Origin: the human T2T-CHM13v2.0 reference genome, Homo sapiens
DNA length: 64,000 nucleotides
Direction: 5' to 3' (one strand)
Assembly: GCF_009914755.1 (NCBI RefSeq)
Contig: NC_060931.1
The first letter of the stretch is position 1. Each line of letters begins with the position of its first letter. Shown here in pieces: positions 1 through 13,605 of this stretch. The position numbers and the translations under genes were made by a program. The notes under the pieces are model-generated. The model had not been told where the DNA came from. It did no database searches and worked only from the letters and a program-made list of their open reading frames with translations.

Positions 1-1843
1 TTTTCTTGATGAAAATTAAGAAATTATAAATCATCATTGTGATTTTTTGCAAATATGCTATTTGTGGTAGATCTGAAATTTAAAAAAAATTAGAAGTCTT
101 CTATTTACTTTCAAGGTTAAGAGCAACATCATTCCACTGTGTAGTTTATATGTTCCTAATAAAGAAAGAATTCTTGAGAGATAAAGTGTTGCTGGTGGCT
201 CATAGCTTATAAATGTTACAGATTTTGATGTCTGAGTCATTAAAACAAAGTTTACTTTACTCATTTTTTTAAATTCAGTATTTACTTCATACTAGATAAG
301 ATTATCCAGTAGAAATTCAGCAAATGGTCGCAAATGACTCCTCAATTTCTCTTTATTAGACATCAGATGATAAGTACTGTGTACATACCCTGGGGCCACC
401 TTTATGCCATCTAAACCCCAGCAAAGAAGGATGGAAAGAGTCAAAAGAGGAAGAGAGAGTGGCAATGGTACCAAGACTAGCTTTCATTCTTTTCGTTCTT
501 GCCAGGGATTACAATGTCACAAGCCTGGGGCAGGATCTTAATTGGAAGTATGAAGCTAAGGATTATAGAAAGTATGTGACATTTGTGCCTTGTACATTTC
601 TATAAACATCTTTGGAGCCCCTTAGGGAAATGAGACTGGGAGGTTTTTCTTTATTTTTCTAGAATCTTTGGTTCTGGAGGGCTAAGAAAGATCAAGGCAA
701 AGATCCTGGAGTCAGAGTTCAAGCTGCTTACCACTGGTTCTAAACTCAAGGCAATAGGGCATATTGACCCTTCCAATCATCGTCCATATTTCCCAGAACA
801 GGTGAACTGAAGAATATTGGAGAGTGTGGCCGATCTTATAAGTTCCTCTCAAGAAATCAAGACTGGAATACAAGGTATTCACACCCTAACAGGCCTGCTA
901 AGTACTCAGGAATAGATGAGATGTGCAAGGCCCAGGAGTCTGGACTCTCACCGGTAAGAATAAGCTTCTTCTCCTCCTAAAATGACTAAATGCAAAGAGA
1001 TGATAGGGTAGGGTCCTCACAACAACTGATGGTGACAGTTGAATTAGTGAAAGGGCATTTCTAATGGCATATTTCTGAGAAAGAGGGCAGGAGTAGAGAA
1101 TTATTGTTCAGTCAATTATCCGTAGCACCCTAGGCCATGCTGGCAAATACAGGAATTGCATTTATTATACAATTAATTAAAAACATCACTTTTGCCTTTT
1201 TTAAATGATTATAGATTCAGAAAAGAATATAAGTGAACTGCCTTCCCCTTCACTCACCAAGCATGGATGGGGAAAAATGAAGTTACTTTGAAGAGACACC
1301 ATATATTCAATGAAATTAAAAACAATAATAATCCCCATCACATATGGAATGTTGACCTTTCTTGGATAAAATTTGCTTCAATTAGACAATGAAATGAATT
1401 TTTTGTATGAATGAGCTGATACCCGACATTATTTAGTATTTGTCTGTGTGAACTCGAGCCCCAAGCTAAAGTAACAATCAACTCTCTAACTGTCCTTCAC
1501 TAAATAACACCTTCTTCTAAGCAATAAAATAAACTGATTATTTATTTTAAATATTTGTTAAGTTTAAATTCCCTTATATTCATGATCAATACTTTTTAAA
1601 AATTAGGAAGCTCTAGCTCCAATGCCAATGTTGTGATTTTATGGTGTTCTGTTTACATACGTTAAGCAGTCTGAATATTACATTCAGAATACATTTTAGT
1701 TGTATTTCAACAGGGTCTTGGACTTACCTTAAAACAAAGGTAGTTTGGGGCTCAAATTAAAAGTTATTACTTTTTACACTTATTTTCTTATAAGGCAACA
1801 AACATAAACTTAATTATATGATACTGTTAGAGCCAAAGCTTTG

Positions 1844-1938
1844 GATCTAGTAGTATTTTAAAAGAAACTAAAAGATCAAAAAGAAGCTCATAAGAACTAT
1901 GTAACTGAAGAGTTAAAAAACATTCTACCTAAATGTCT
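1844..1938 (+). repeat. Copy 1 of a degenerate ~100 bp local direct duplication (partner 2810-2914)
   Basis: GATCTAGTAGT...GATCAAAAAGAAG...TGAAGAGTT...TTCTACC.AAATGTCT aligns collinearly with 2810-2914, with small indels. Confidence 0.85.
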
Positions 1939-2072
1939 CAGCAATTTCTGAGTTTCTTCAAGCTAGTTTTCCTCAAAGAGTAAATCTGTTTCAAAGTTGT
2001 GAGGTTCTGGAGGAAATGATCATTCACTCTAATGGAAATTTACTACCTTCCTGAGAGTTCGGAATTCTTCTT

Positions 2073-2090
2073 AGAGAGAGAGAGAGAGAG
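2073..2090. repeat. (AG)9 microsatellite
   Basis: Read directly from the sequence. Confidence 0.95.
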
Positions 2091-2212
2091 AAAAGGCATC
2101 TTATTCAGCTAGAAGGAAGGTGATAGCTTCCTGGAATGATCGGAATATCAAAAATCAATGCCTAGATTCAAATCAAGGACCTTGGACTCAAGCCAAGACA
2201 AGGTAGGACTAC

Positions 2213-2243
<31 letters not shown>

Positions 2244-2244
2244 A
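2213..2244. repeat. (TAAA)8 tetranucleotide microsatellite
   Basis: Read directly from the sequence. Confidence 0.95.
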
Positions 2245-2809
2245 TGGAAAGGATAAGAGCAAAGAAGACACTTAGAAGTCAATGTAGGGCACCTCATGTG
2301 TACATTGCAGTTACCAGAGGAGACTTCTCTTCCTGAAGGGGAGTGTACTGCTCCCTGGTTCTGCTGGTGAGAGAGTGCTGGTCAAAGAACAGGTTCTGTT
2401 CCAGTGGAAGAGAATCAAATAGACAAAGAAACTAGCACAGAACACCTAATATAAAAGGAAATTATTTCCCCCATCTGATGGTACAGCCAAGTCTGTTTCT
2501 CTCATGTCTACCAGTGGGCATCAGGCAATTCTGCTATCTTTGCCAACAAACATTTCTTTACATCCTGAATCTAAAAGCAAGAGTTTTAAGCCTCTTTCTT
2601 GCACCTTTATTTATAATCTCCATGAACAGTCTCACTTAAATGAATTGCACCCACATCTGAATCCTTTAGATAATCATATCATAAGACTGGCTTTCATCTG
2701 TCCAATTATGCCTTGTTATTTCTATTACCTGAAACTTCCGGCACAATACCTGAAGATCCACTTGTGAAAAGATCCATTTGCAAAAAGCCAAACCCTACAC
2801 AAAGGTTCA

Positions 2810-2914
2810 GATCTAGTAGTGTTTTAAACAAACATAAAGGATCAAAAAGAAGTTCATGATATACCAACTATATAATTGAAGAGTTAGGAAAAAAACAGTT
2901 CTACCCAAATGTCT
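2810..2914 (+). repeat. Copy 2 of the local direct duplication
   Basis: Collinear with 1844-1938. Bracketed by AGCC(A/T)AACCCTACACAAA at 2786-2803 and 2926-2943. Confidence 0.85.
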
Positions 2915-5257
2915 GACTTGTTGAGAGCCTAACCCTACACAAAACAGATCAGATGAAACCAAGAAGTGCCCTTCAAGGTGTTGCTAAATATAGTTACACT
3001 CTATAAGACTGTGCATTCCTGGTTCAAAATACAATTTTCTTCCCTGACTTATGTATGTTTCTCTTTGACTTACTCTTCTCTCAGCCAAGTATTTGGTATG
3101 CTGTGACATCTTTTTACTTCCCAAAGAATAAGCTTTAAAAGTGAAGTATTTATACAAAGTAGATGACAATAAGTTCGTAAGTTTATACTGTCAAACCTGT
3201 TTTTACCCTAACACCCCATCCCACTCCTGGTTTTATGCTTGATAAGTCTACTTGATAATTTACGATTAATAAAATTACTCATTGCCACTCTTATCAAAGC
3301 ATGTGTCTTCCTGTAAAAAGACTTCAAAGAGAAGAAAAAGCTGCTAGTAAAAGCAGGAATAATAAGATTTGGGGTATGGATCCATGAATATTAATATTAA
3401 TATCAATATTCTAGATGCCTTCATTAATTGAATTAGAACAGGAAAACTCTCTTCTATATGAATGCTCACAATAAGCATCTATTTAATCCTACATATATTT
3501 GAGATGTACATATATATGGAGAGAGTGAGGGGCCGTCATGGTGAAAGAGGTTGGACAGCACTGAAGTTTTCATTATTTACAAATTTTCATTCGTAATACA
3601 TTTTCATTATTAATACTTTTATTAATTTCTTATTGCCATTGTTGTTATTACTGCTCACCTGACTTTAATCTTTCAATTTGGTCTCACCAAAAGAGCAAGC
3701 AGCTGAACAGGCTTTCAACATTAACTGCCCTCAAGGTATCTCAACCTGTGAAACTAGCCCTGTTCCTCCAGGAGTCCAAGAAGAGAGATACGAGTGGGAC
3801 GCTAACAGTACTCCAAGAAAGATTGAGGGGCTTCTACAGCAAAAAATGTATTTGTCTGGATTCTCAGAATGTAGCAAAGGAGATTGAAGGCAGTAGAGCA
3901 GCCCTGCATCTAACAAGAGCCCTAAGATGTAGAGTGGAAATCGTTGGTCTTAAGACAGTTCCTCAGATTACCCCACAACCAATATGATGTTGAGAGTGCA
4001 ATCAAGAGTCTGTATATATTCCTAGGACCCACCCAAAACCATGAAATCAGAATCACTGGAAATATATGTTTCTTAACAAAGTACAATAAGAGAGTCTTAT
4101 GATCCATCCAAACTGAAAAAGGAAACCAGGCAGATTTGGTTGACTCTTGTTTTCCTGTTTCTATTCCCCTGAACAGATGAAGATCAAGAGGCATTCCCTA
4201 CAACCTCAACAGAAACTCTTATTATTAAAGAAGACCACTCTACATGTGTGCATGCGCACACACACACACATACATACCCCACTAAGAATTAGAAGAACCT
4301 CCATTACCCCCATCAATTGCCTTCACTCTACATGTAGACAACATGTGAGAAGCAAAAGAGAGAACCATGAGATCACAGTCCTTAGGACATGTCCAGTGCT
4401 TGTGCTAAGACATTAATTCTCTTCCTTTCAAATAAGGAAATGGAGGGGTCTTTTCCCTTCCCCAAACCAAAGAAAAGAGATTTCAAAAATATCACTTGTC
4501 AAGACTACAAGTGCAAGACTACACGACTCAATTGCCAGTTGCTAAGAGGGCCTGGGACATTCTGCCAGTGTTGAGATCTATGAGGAAGAAATGGTGCTAT
4601 AGGTTCAGCCAGATAGAGATCTCCCACAGGATGTGAGAGAACTGTGCAGCGTTCCATGCAAGTTTCAGCATGTTGACACTTGCTTCCTAAGACCATGAAG
4701 TGGCACTCAGTGTCAGGCAGAGGGATGGGAACTATGAGAAATCATGCAAGTGGCATCACTTCTCCACTCTTGCCAATCACAACCCTCAACACTAGAGGAG
4801 TTATACATTGATATAGGAAGATAATCTGGGTTCCAAGACAGAGCAAACCTCCTTGAGCCCTGCCTTCCTGCCCTTTCCCCTCCCAGGGATTGAAGGAGAG
4901 TGAAAGAGCATCCTGCCCACTCCAAGTATCTCAAGCCAAGGCCTACCTGGTACTAGTGGGAGAAAGGAAGATGACATTTAAGTGGGAGTGTGAAAGGTGT
5001 TTTAAACTGAATTTACATTAATTGAAACTGGCAGGAAAAGCCACAGAAGCTGCCAGTGGGTTGTTAAGGATAGAAAAAAAGTATTCGTTAAAATAAGTTT
5101 AAAAAAAAAGAGGAAAAATATAAAGAATACTTTTTCATATTAGTATCCTTGCTCAATATCCTGGTTACACACATAATATAGTCAGACATGACTATTCCTA
5201 CCACATGTGAGTAAGGTACCAGTTCCAGATTCTCCAGTTACATAGAAATATTTAGGT

Positions 5258-5395
5258 CTGTAGCCCCAGATACTCAGGAGGCTGAGGCTGGAGGATCACT
5301 TGAACCCAGGAGGTTGAGGCTACAGTGAGCTGTGATCTTGCCACTGCACTCCAGCATAGGTGACAGAGCAACACCCTGTCTTAAGAAAAAGAAAA
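5258..5395 (+). mobile_element. 5'-truncated AluJ/FRAM right monomer
   Basis: GGAGGATCACTTGAACCCAGGAGGTTGAGGCTACAGTGAG motif and an A tail. TSD AAATATTTAGGT at 5246-5257 and 5396-5407. Confidence 0.9.
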
Positions 5396-5519
5396 AAATA
5401 TTTAGGTTACATACAAAGATGATTCAAAATAAGACTTACCTACAAGAAAGTTTGGATAATGTATCTGTAGCACAAAAATCAAGAATTTTGGAGGGAGTTG
5501 GTTTACATGCAATTCTGAA

Positions 5520-5993
5520 TTTTTGTTTTGAAACAGGGTCTTTCTGCTGCCCAGGCTAGAGTGCAGTGGCAAGATTATGGCTCACTGCAGCCTCAACTTC
5601 CCAGGCTCTAGAAATCATCTCACTTTAGCCTCCAGAGCAACTGGGATTACAGGTGTGTGCCACCACGACAAAATATGCTTTTCTTTTCTTTGTTTTGTTT
5701 TTTGTTTTGTTTCGAGACAGGGTCTCACTCTGTGGCCCAGACTGGAGTGCAATGGCACCATCGCGGCACACCGCAACCTCTGCTTCCTAGGCTCAAGTGA
5801 TTCTCCTGCCTCAGTCTCCTGAGTAGCTGAGATTACAGGCATAAGCCACCACACCTGACCAAGTTTTTCTTTTTTACATTTTTTGTAGAGATGGGGGTCT
5901 CACTATGTTGACCAGGCTGGACTCAAACTTCTGGGATTAAGTGATCCCCCCACCTAGACCTCCCAAAGTACTGGGACTATAGGCATGAGCCAC
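5520..5993 (-). mobile_element. Compound AluJ-type element with three monomers (right arm 5520-5666, right arm 5679-5860, left arm 5864-5993)
   Basis: Two successive reverse-strand right arms, each with a T-rich tail, followed by one AluJ-like left arm (TGTAGAGATGGGGGTCTCACTATGTTG). Confidence 0.85.
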
Positions 5994-6022
5994 ATATCCA
6001 AATTTGTTAAACTGATAAATTC

Positions 6023-6062
6023 ATCAGAATTTGTGAATTCTGATAAATTCACAAATTCTGAT
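6023..6062. repeat. Perfect 17 bp inverted repeat with a 6 nt loop
   Basis: ATCAGAATTTGTGAATT-CTGATA-AATTCACAAATTCTGAT. Confidence 0.95.
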
Positions 6063-6096
6063 ATACATTTATAAATTCTGATTAATTTTATTAGAT

Positions 6097-6169
6097 TTAG
6101 CATATAATCGTACCATTAAGTATGTGGTTAAACTTAGCCTATGATCTTACCATTAAGTATGTGGTTAAA
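6097..6169. repeat. 37 bp period tandem duplication
   Basis: TACCATTAAGTATGTGGTTAAA is exact at 6111-6132 and 6148-6169, each preceded by a similar TTAGC.TAT.ATC. Confidence 0.9.
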
Positions 6170-6258
6170 AAAACTATTATGGGCTAAAATCATGTTAAAT
6201 GGAAAAATTTAGATATTTAGAGAGTTTATGTAACTCTAATCCTTACAAAAAGCAAATA

Positions 6259-6830
6259 ATGTTGATGCAGCCGTTAAAAAGCAATGCAATCTTAGGCCAG
6301 GCCAATAAAAGTAGTTTGTAATTTCAACACAGGATTCATAGTCCCACTGCAGCCCAAACTAAGTGATCCCTCCCTGGGTAATCACATTTTAGGACAATCA
6401 CGAACAGGTTGATTCTATCAACAGTAGAGTGACCAGACTAGTGAAGATTCTGAAGGCAATACCACATGTTGAGCAGATGAGGAAAACTCATGGGTTTAAC
6501 TTAGGATCATAGTAGGACAATCATAACAGCTCTTTCATTGATTTGAAGGGTTGTCATATAGTAGAAAGGAAGTGCTGTCTTTTAATGCTCCAAAAAACAA
6601 GAACACAAAAAAAAGAAGTTAGCAAGGATGGCTGTAGGGTTGAACAAGCCTTCTTCCCCACAGTGGTGGTGGCAGTGGGCGTGTGCTAAGTTTCTCACGG
6701 CTGGGGTTTCCCAGCAAAGGCTCGCTGACCATCTGTCAGAGATGCAGCAGAAAGACTTCCTGCACCAGGTGGGAGAATCCAGTACATGATCCCCAGGTTT
6801 CCTGCCAGCTCTAAAAGCCTATGTTTCTAA
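6259..6830 (+). mobile_element. L3/CR1 LINE 3' fragment (ancient)
   Basis: CR1-like motifs GCAATGCAATCTTAGG, GAGTGACCAGACTAGTGAAG and TTTGAAGGGTTGTCAT, plus an L3/MIR3-type 3' end (GACCATCTGTCAGAGATG...CCAGCTCTAAAAGCCTATG). Confidence 0.7.
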
Positions 6831-7075
6831 TTGGACCACATACACATGGCCTCCCTTCACCTTTCTCTCCCATAAATATGAAAAAATTCTTTTAGAACAA
6901 TGTAAAGGTGGAACTTTGTTTCTATGTTAACACAAAAGGGAAAACGAAAACAGAGCATGATTCTCAAGGTGATCCAATCTATGATGGCATTATTCATGCG
7001 GTTGTGCTCCTTCACAGATTTTATTTTCCCCTTTTTCTTTCCTTTTCTTTATTCTTTGCTTGCCTTTTTTTTTAT

Positions 7076-7093
7076 GGAGGAGGAGGAGGAGGA
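7076..7093. repeat. (GGA)6 trinucleotide repeat next to a T-rich tract
   Basis: Read directly from the sequence. Confidence 0.9.
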
Positions 7094-8660
7094 AAAGAAG
7101 ACTGATCTGGAAATTGCAAGCTTCTATGATTACATGCATAGAAATCATATTTTGGTACACCACAAAATAGTGTCATGACTTTCTTTGTATATAAGTATTT
7201 CCATCAAAGTTAGTACGATAGATGGCATGTTTTGATTATTAGTGATTTTATATTTATTTGTATTCATGTGCCTCCATTGCTAAGGACATGTCTAGACCAC
7301 TTTCAAAGTCTAGAACCTGGAATTCCTCAGTGCAACCTGTTTGGTTAAATGAATTGCAAATCAGCTTTATAAAACATATGTTTTTTTTCTTATTAGTATG
7401 TAAAAGTCTACAGATGCCTTAAAACATTTCATTCATGCCTAAATTGGCAGGAATTTTTTTATTCCTTTTGGTTAATACCCTTCTCCCTGGGGTTCATGCA
7501 GAACTAATGCCAAACTTACTCAATGTGGTTAGCTTATGTTTGTGCAACAAGCTTATCATCCACGATGAACACATGGCTTTTAGGCACAGAAATTAATCAG
7601 TGCTGGAGAGACACAGTGCTGGCATGGATTCCAGGCTGTCTGCTTGCATAAGCCTGCACTTGGGATCTATTACACAAAGCAGGATCCAGGATTACAGAGC
7701 ACAGAATCCCAATCATAGATCTTTGCCAGCCTCAAACTTTGCAGAAAATGTCTAACTGTTTTTGGGGAAAAGAGTGAGAAATATGGGTGGATAGTTAAAA
7801 TTGGGTTAGTAATATGCCTTTTATAGAGGGCTCATGTGAGATTCAAATAGAATATTACATGCAAAACACTTTAATAATGTATGCCTTTCTTCATTTAAAA
7901 AAAGGACTTGAAGTAGTTTACAGTGACACATAAATATGGCAAGGTACCATAAATTTGAAATAGATAAAGAAGAAAAAAGCACAGAGCCATTTAAGGTAGC
8001 CAAGAATGAGGCTAATGTAAGTCTTGCGTCCTTGTTCTTGCTTTTTGGCAAAATCAGATTTGATCATTTTATCAGTCAATATATGAAGATTTCAAATCAG
8101 TTCCATAGTGCCAATGTCCATATGATTAAATTGCTCAAGAGATGGACAGGTATTCCCTAGATTATGGTAGTAGGAAGTTTATTTTGTGAGTCTTCCAAAA
8201 TAGAACACTGTCTATTACAGTGAACAACATATCCTTCTCAACAACTTAGTAACATTTTCAGAGCCCAACTATGCCATATTGTGATACATTCAAAGCCATC
8301 CTGGAAGATTCAATAATCCACACAAGGTTCACAGCTCTCTGCTGATTTGTCTTCATCCAGAATGGCAAGTACAAGGAATAATGAACTGGTTGCTGTGAAA
8401 GCATTTTATAAATTGCAGAACAGTATGTAAATGCAAGGCATAATAATTTTCATTATCCTCTTGACTTTGAAAGCCAGGTGGTGAACTTGACACTTAAGTA
8501 ATCCCCAACAGGAAACCTAAAATACTAACAACAAAGAAGACGACTATAAGAAATCTTATCTTCCTTTTGTTTCTGTTTTGCTGGTTAACGCTTTTCCTTT
8601 CAAATAGGTATGACAGTTGCACATTAGTATCTAAACTGGGAGATCAATCAGTGATTGTTC

Positions 8661-9052
<392 letters not shown>

Positions 9053-9639
9053 TACAAACATCCTCTAAGGTAATGACTCTCTGAACTTACTGGATTTCCT
9101 GCCTATCGTAGACAGGCAGATTCTCATAGTAGGGAGAGATGATTTACTCATGCAACAAAAACACAACATGAAAAATCTAAAATATCAAATAATTTAAAAT
9201 GTTATTTGCATATTTGAATGTGGGTATATGTAATATTTTAGAAAGCACCAGTAATTCAAACCAAAGACAGATACTGCGTAATGACATAAAAACTGACCTC
9301 TGCTATCAAAGTCTTTTGTTACAACTTCCTACTGAAAATGGTCTTTGTTACATTGAGTTTAACCCAAAATACATCTATCTGGCTCCAGTATCTTCCCTCT
9401 CTAAAGATACTATCTATTTTGCTCTCCCATTTATGAGGGGCAGAACAGAAGAGTTTTGTTTTGACACTTTTAGTTTATTAATAGTTTAGTTTTAAATTTA
9501 AAGTAACCGCCTTAAAAAATAAATAAAATAACTTTCTTGATTCCTGAATAGACAGAGAAACAAGAAATGTTTCTTAATTATTGATTAAATATTCTTCAGT
9601 CTCTACTATGAACCACAATTTCTTGTCATCACAGAAAAC

Positions 9640-9898
9640 AATAATATTAAAAATAATGAAAACAATTTTGGACAGTTTACTCAGCCAGGCACCATGCTAA
9701 GTTCTTTATATGCATTACCTCATACTATCATCATGGCAGCCCTATGAAACTACCTGGGATCATTTCCATTTCACATATAAAAAATTAATTCCCAGAGACA
9801 CTAAATAACTTTCCCAAGGCTACAAAGCTAGTTAGCTGCAAAGTTAGCAGTGCAGGTATATTGTGATTCGGGAGTCCAAGTTTTGAACTACAACAATA
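9640..9898 (-). mobile_element. MIR SINE
   Basis: GCCAGGCACCATGCTAAG, CCCTATGA, CCATTTCACA and TAAATAACTTTCCCAAGGCTACAAAGCTAGT form the reverse MIR core. Confidence 0.8.
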
Positions 9899-9929
9899 TA
9901 GAGGTTTATTGCTTCCTGGCATAAACCCA

Positions 9930-10165
9930 GGAACAAATAGAGAGGCACAATGCATAAGTGGTAGGACATGAAGAAACAGAGGGGTAAAAGTATTTTGAGG
10001 CAGGACAGCAATTCCAGTATTCTTGGATTATAAAAGGATTTCGTGAAGGAAATTTCAGCCAAGTCCCAAAGAAGATACAAGACTTACTCTTCTGAAACAG
10101 CAGTGAGGAAGAAGGAAAGGGTATCCCAGATAGAGCAAACAGCATATTTCTACCATGCCTATAGA
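9930..10165 (-). mobile_element. L2 fragment
   Basis: GGAAAGGGTATCCCAGATAGAGCAAACAGCAT resembles the reverse L2 3' region. Confidence 0.55.
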
Positions 10166-11887
10166 CTAGATCTAAATTCAGCATAAAATACAGTACAGAC
10201 AGTGGTAATGTGAAAAAGAGAAGCTAAACATTTCATTGTCTGTAAAGAAATTTAATGCATCATAAACATAATCATTGAAAACAAAACATAAGTCCACTAG
10301 TGAGAAAAATAAGAGGACATTTGATTATACTGAGATCTGGAGGCATAAATCATATTTAATTATTGTTCTCTTCTAGGATGTATATTACACATTGCTCTAT
10401 TCTCCAGAGAGCTTAAAGGGCCTTCAAGGACTTTCTCACCTCCATCAGCTTATCCCCCAGTTTTATTTAGTAGTCTTATCCACTGACACTTGAAATATTG
10501 TTCTAATTAAAGCATCGGCTCTTTAGGGGTGCTGTGAAATTTCTCCTGGAAACACGCCCTCTTGTCTTTCTCATCATGAAACCAGGAAAAAGCTTGAGGG
10601 ACTCATCAAGTTTTGGGTCTCTTTAAAGCCTCTAGCAATTCATACCATAATCTTTCCTATGAATGATTGTCAGATATGGGATTATAAATCACCATGCTAG
10701 ACCTAAAGGTTAGCTTTTTCAGCATTTTTTATGCTTTTCAAAATTTCCATAAGAAAATAAATGCTGAAGGATCAGCAAGCTAAACAGCTTGGACACCCAC
10801 TGCTGCCACACAGGCGTGTGAAATGCCTCCATCTGACTCAGAATTAGAGATGTAAAATTGTCATCCAGCTCTGGAGTTGGAACTTGGCATTAAAAGTATT
10901 TATAACGTGTGTGAGTAGAAACTGTGGGCTTGGAAAATCACTGCTGGAAAACTGGAATTCTTAAAAGAAATTCTAACAAGCTAAAAGGGTTCTGGGCAGA
11001 ATATGTAAATATGGAGGAAATAGTCCATCTGCTGGGATATCTCCCAATTACCTAAATATAGTAATAGCTATATTAGTCAAGAATGAATAATACCTTGTAT
11101 GCTTATTTACACAGAAAAAGAATTCTATGTTTTATCTCGTGCTATTTTACACTGTTGAAATGCAATTCTTACTTTTCCTCTTATCAGTTGCCACCCTTTT
11201 ATATTGACATATACCACAAATTAATTTATTCATTTAAGAAATATTTGTGACTATCATGAAGCAGGCAAACTCCTTAAAAGGGTGAGTACAATTTTGAAAA
11301 TTGTGAAGACCCTAGAGTGGGACAGATATTGGTATATTCAAGAACACTGAAAAGAATCCCATGTCATTGTTTCTGCTTTAGTATTGGAAAGATTGTCATG
11401 AAATAAGGCCAATGAAGAGCAGAGCTAGATCTTAACAGCTGAATTCCTGTGTGGCTATCCTTACCTTTCAGGCATGTAACCCTTGAGACAAAATATAACC
11501 TGTTAATTAAGATAAAAATGTTTAAAGATTTTTTTAAGCTAAAAGTGAGAAGTTCTATCAAAATCCTGGTTGTTTTACATATACTTTTCCAATCAATTAC
11601 ATTTCAGATTTTGATTTACATTTAGAATGAATGTAATTTTGAAAATAAATAGTCATCTTTGCATGGTATAAGAGAGATGGCTATTCCTGTCATGGTGAGT
11701 TAGATCAAACATCACTAGGATTTTCAATTCAATATTTGAAGAACAATATACAGTGGCTAATTTTTTTTCCTTGGCAGTCAAACTTTTATGTGGCCAAATA
11801 AGGTAATTTAAAATAAAACAGCCAATTACCACTTCTATCATTTCATAAAATGAAGGATAATTTTACAACAAGATTGGGAATGGTATT

Positions 11888-12259
11888 TGTATTAGTCAAT
11901 TCTCATGCTGCTATAAAGAACTGCCTGAGACTGGGTAAATTATAAAGGAAAGAGGTTTAATTGACTCACAGTTCTGCAGGGCTGGTGAGGCCTCAGGAAA
12001 CTTACAATCATGGCAGAGGGGGAAAGCAAACATGTCCTTCTTCATATGGTGGCAGGAAGGTGAAGAATGAGAGCAGAGCAAAAGGGGAAGCCCCTTATAA
12101 ACCATCAGCTCTTGTGAAAACTTACTCTCAAGAGACTAATTGGGGAAGCCACCCCCATGATTCAATTACTTCCCACTGGGTCCCTTTCACCACATGTGGG
12201 AATTATGGGAACTAAAATTCAAGATGAGATTTGGGTGGGGACACATCCAAACCATATCA
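11888..12259 (-). mobile_element. THE1C-like MaLR solo LTR
   Basis: Termini TGTATTAGTC...CCAAACCATATCA and a perfect 5 bp TSD GTATT at 11883-11887 and 12260-12264. Confidence 0.95.
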
Positions 12260-13400
12260 GTATTATTTCAGAATTTTTAAAGTATTAAACTTAAATTTAT
12301 AAGTTTAAAATTATAAACTTAGTTTTATAAAAAATGAATTAAATATCCTTATTGTTTCAATTTCCCTTGAAAGCCTTGATATCTTCTTCACTGACCAACA
12401 GACCAGTATTTAGTAGTCATTAACATATATGACAAACTATAAGAATTCTGACATGGAATTGATGAGTTACATATCCTAAATTCTGACAGGTAACTCTCAG
12501 TACCAAGAGGTCACATAAAATCCTAATAATGAGTCAAGGGGTCAGTTCCTGAAGTGAACCTGTCCTCACATGCTCTGAGAACTGAGAGAGGCTTGCTTCA
12601 CTGGCATAGTGGTAGGGCTGTAAGGAGCCTGCAGGAGGATACAGATTGTGAAGTTAACCTGGAAAAATACCACCTACAATGAGTATACTTTAAGAACACT
12701 GGAACCAAAACTAGGTGCTTGCTGTGAAATGCATGGAATGTAGCAGGTGGGAGGAATCCTAACAGTTGCTGAGACTAGTGCAGGGCAGTGGTTCATAAGT
12801 GGTCCAGAGCAAAGGGGCCTAATGGATTTACGCAAATGACTCCGCATGTCTGTGGTTTTCTCTATTTCTGAGTTTAATCGCTGCTACCACACATATCATG
12901 ACTCCAACATTGTAATTAACTATTATGCAGCCTGCATTCTTGAAGGGAAGTATTCATACTAGATGAGTATATCTTCCAGGTCAAGGAAGAAGCTGACAAA
13001 AGTTAGGACTCATAACTTTTATGAGGTTACACTCAATGAGAATATATGCTGCATTTCTATAATTTCTCAAATTTCTTATACTCAAATCTCCCTGTGTCTG
13101 CACAGGAATTAAAGCTTTGAACATCAATGTAGTCAGTATGTATTCAGTGGCTCTTTTCTCTGAAGACCAAAGAATGTCCTCTGTCAATTTTCTTTCTTTT
13201 TTCCCTTGAAGTTCTGTTGTTTGGATATCTTACCTAGATTCTATAAATGTCTTATTTTTGCCCTTATTTTTCTTTACTTTGTCTTTTTGTTGCATTCTGT
13301 TGAAGAGTTTTACATCTAAAATATATAAATATTCCATTGAATTATAAAAATCTGCCATAAGATTTTTGTCTAAAATCTTTAAAAAAATACTTTTGTGGGC

Positions 13401-13515
13401 TATTATGGTTCCCACTAGCCATACGTGGCTACTGAGCATTGAAATGTGATTAGGCCAAATTCAGGTATACTGTTAAGTATAAGTACAGTACACAACAATT
13501 TTGAAGACTTAATAT
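13401..13515. mobile_element. MER3/MER33-like hAT-Charlie fragment
   Basis: CCACTAGCCATACGTGGCTACTGAGCATTGAAATGTG...TTTTGAAGACTTA. Confidence 0.7.
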
Positions 13516-13605
13516 AAAGATTTATTTCAATATTCTTTTCTTTTCATTGTGTTTTTGTTTCATGAATCTAATGATTTTTGTTTTTATTGTGTCTCTTTGA
13601 ATGTC

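Noticed and set aside
797-953. Possible plus-strand exon (TTTCCCAG| ... CCG|GTAAGA)
   Set aside because: Only splice-like motifs, with no recognisable product or partner exon. Compatible with chance.
4241-4277. Alternating purine-pyrimidine (Z-DNA-prone) tract
   Set aside because: A common short CA/TG microsatellite with no supporting context.
4497-5169. Possible ancient LTR (TG...TTACA ends, A-rich signal near the 3' end)
   Set aside because: No family could be recognised and no TSD is visible. Needs a Dfam search.
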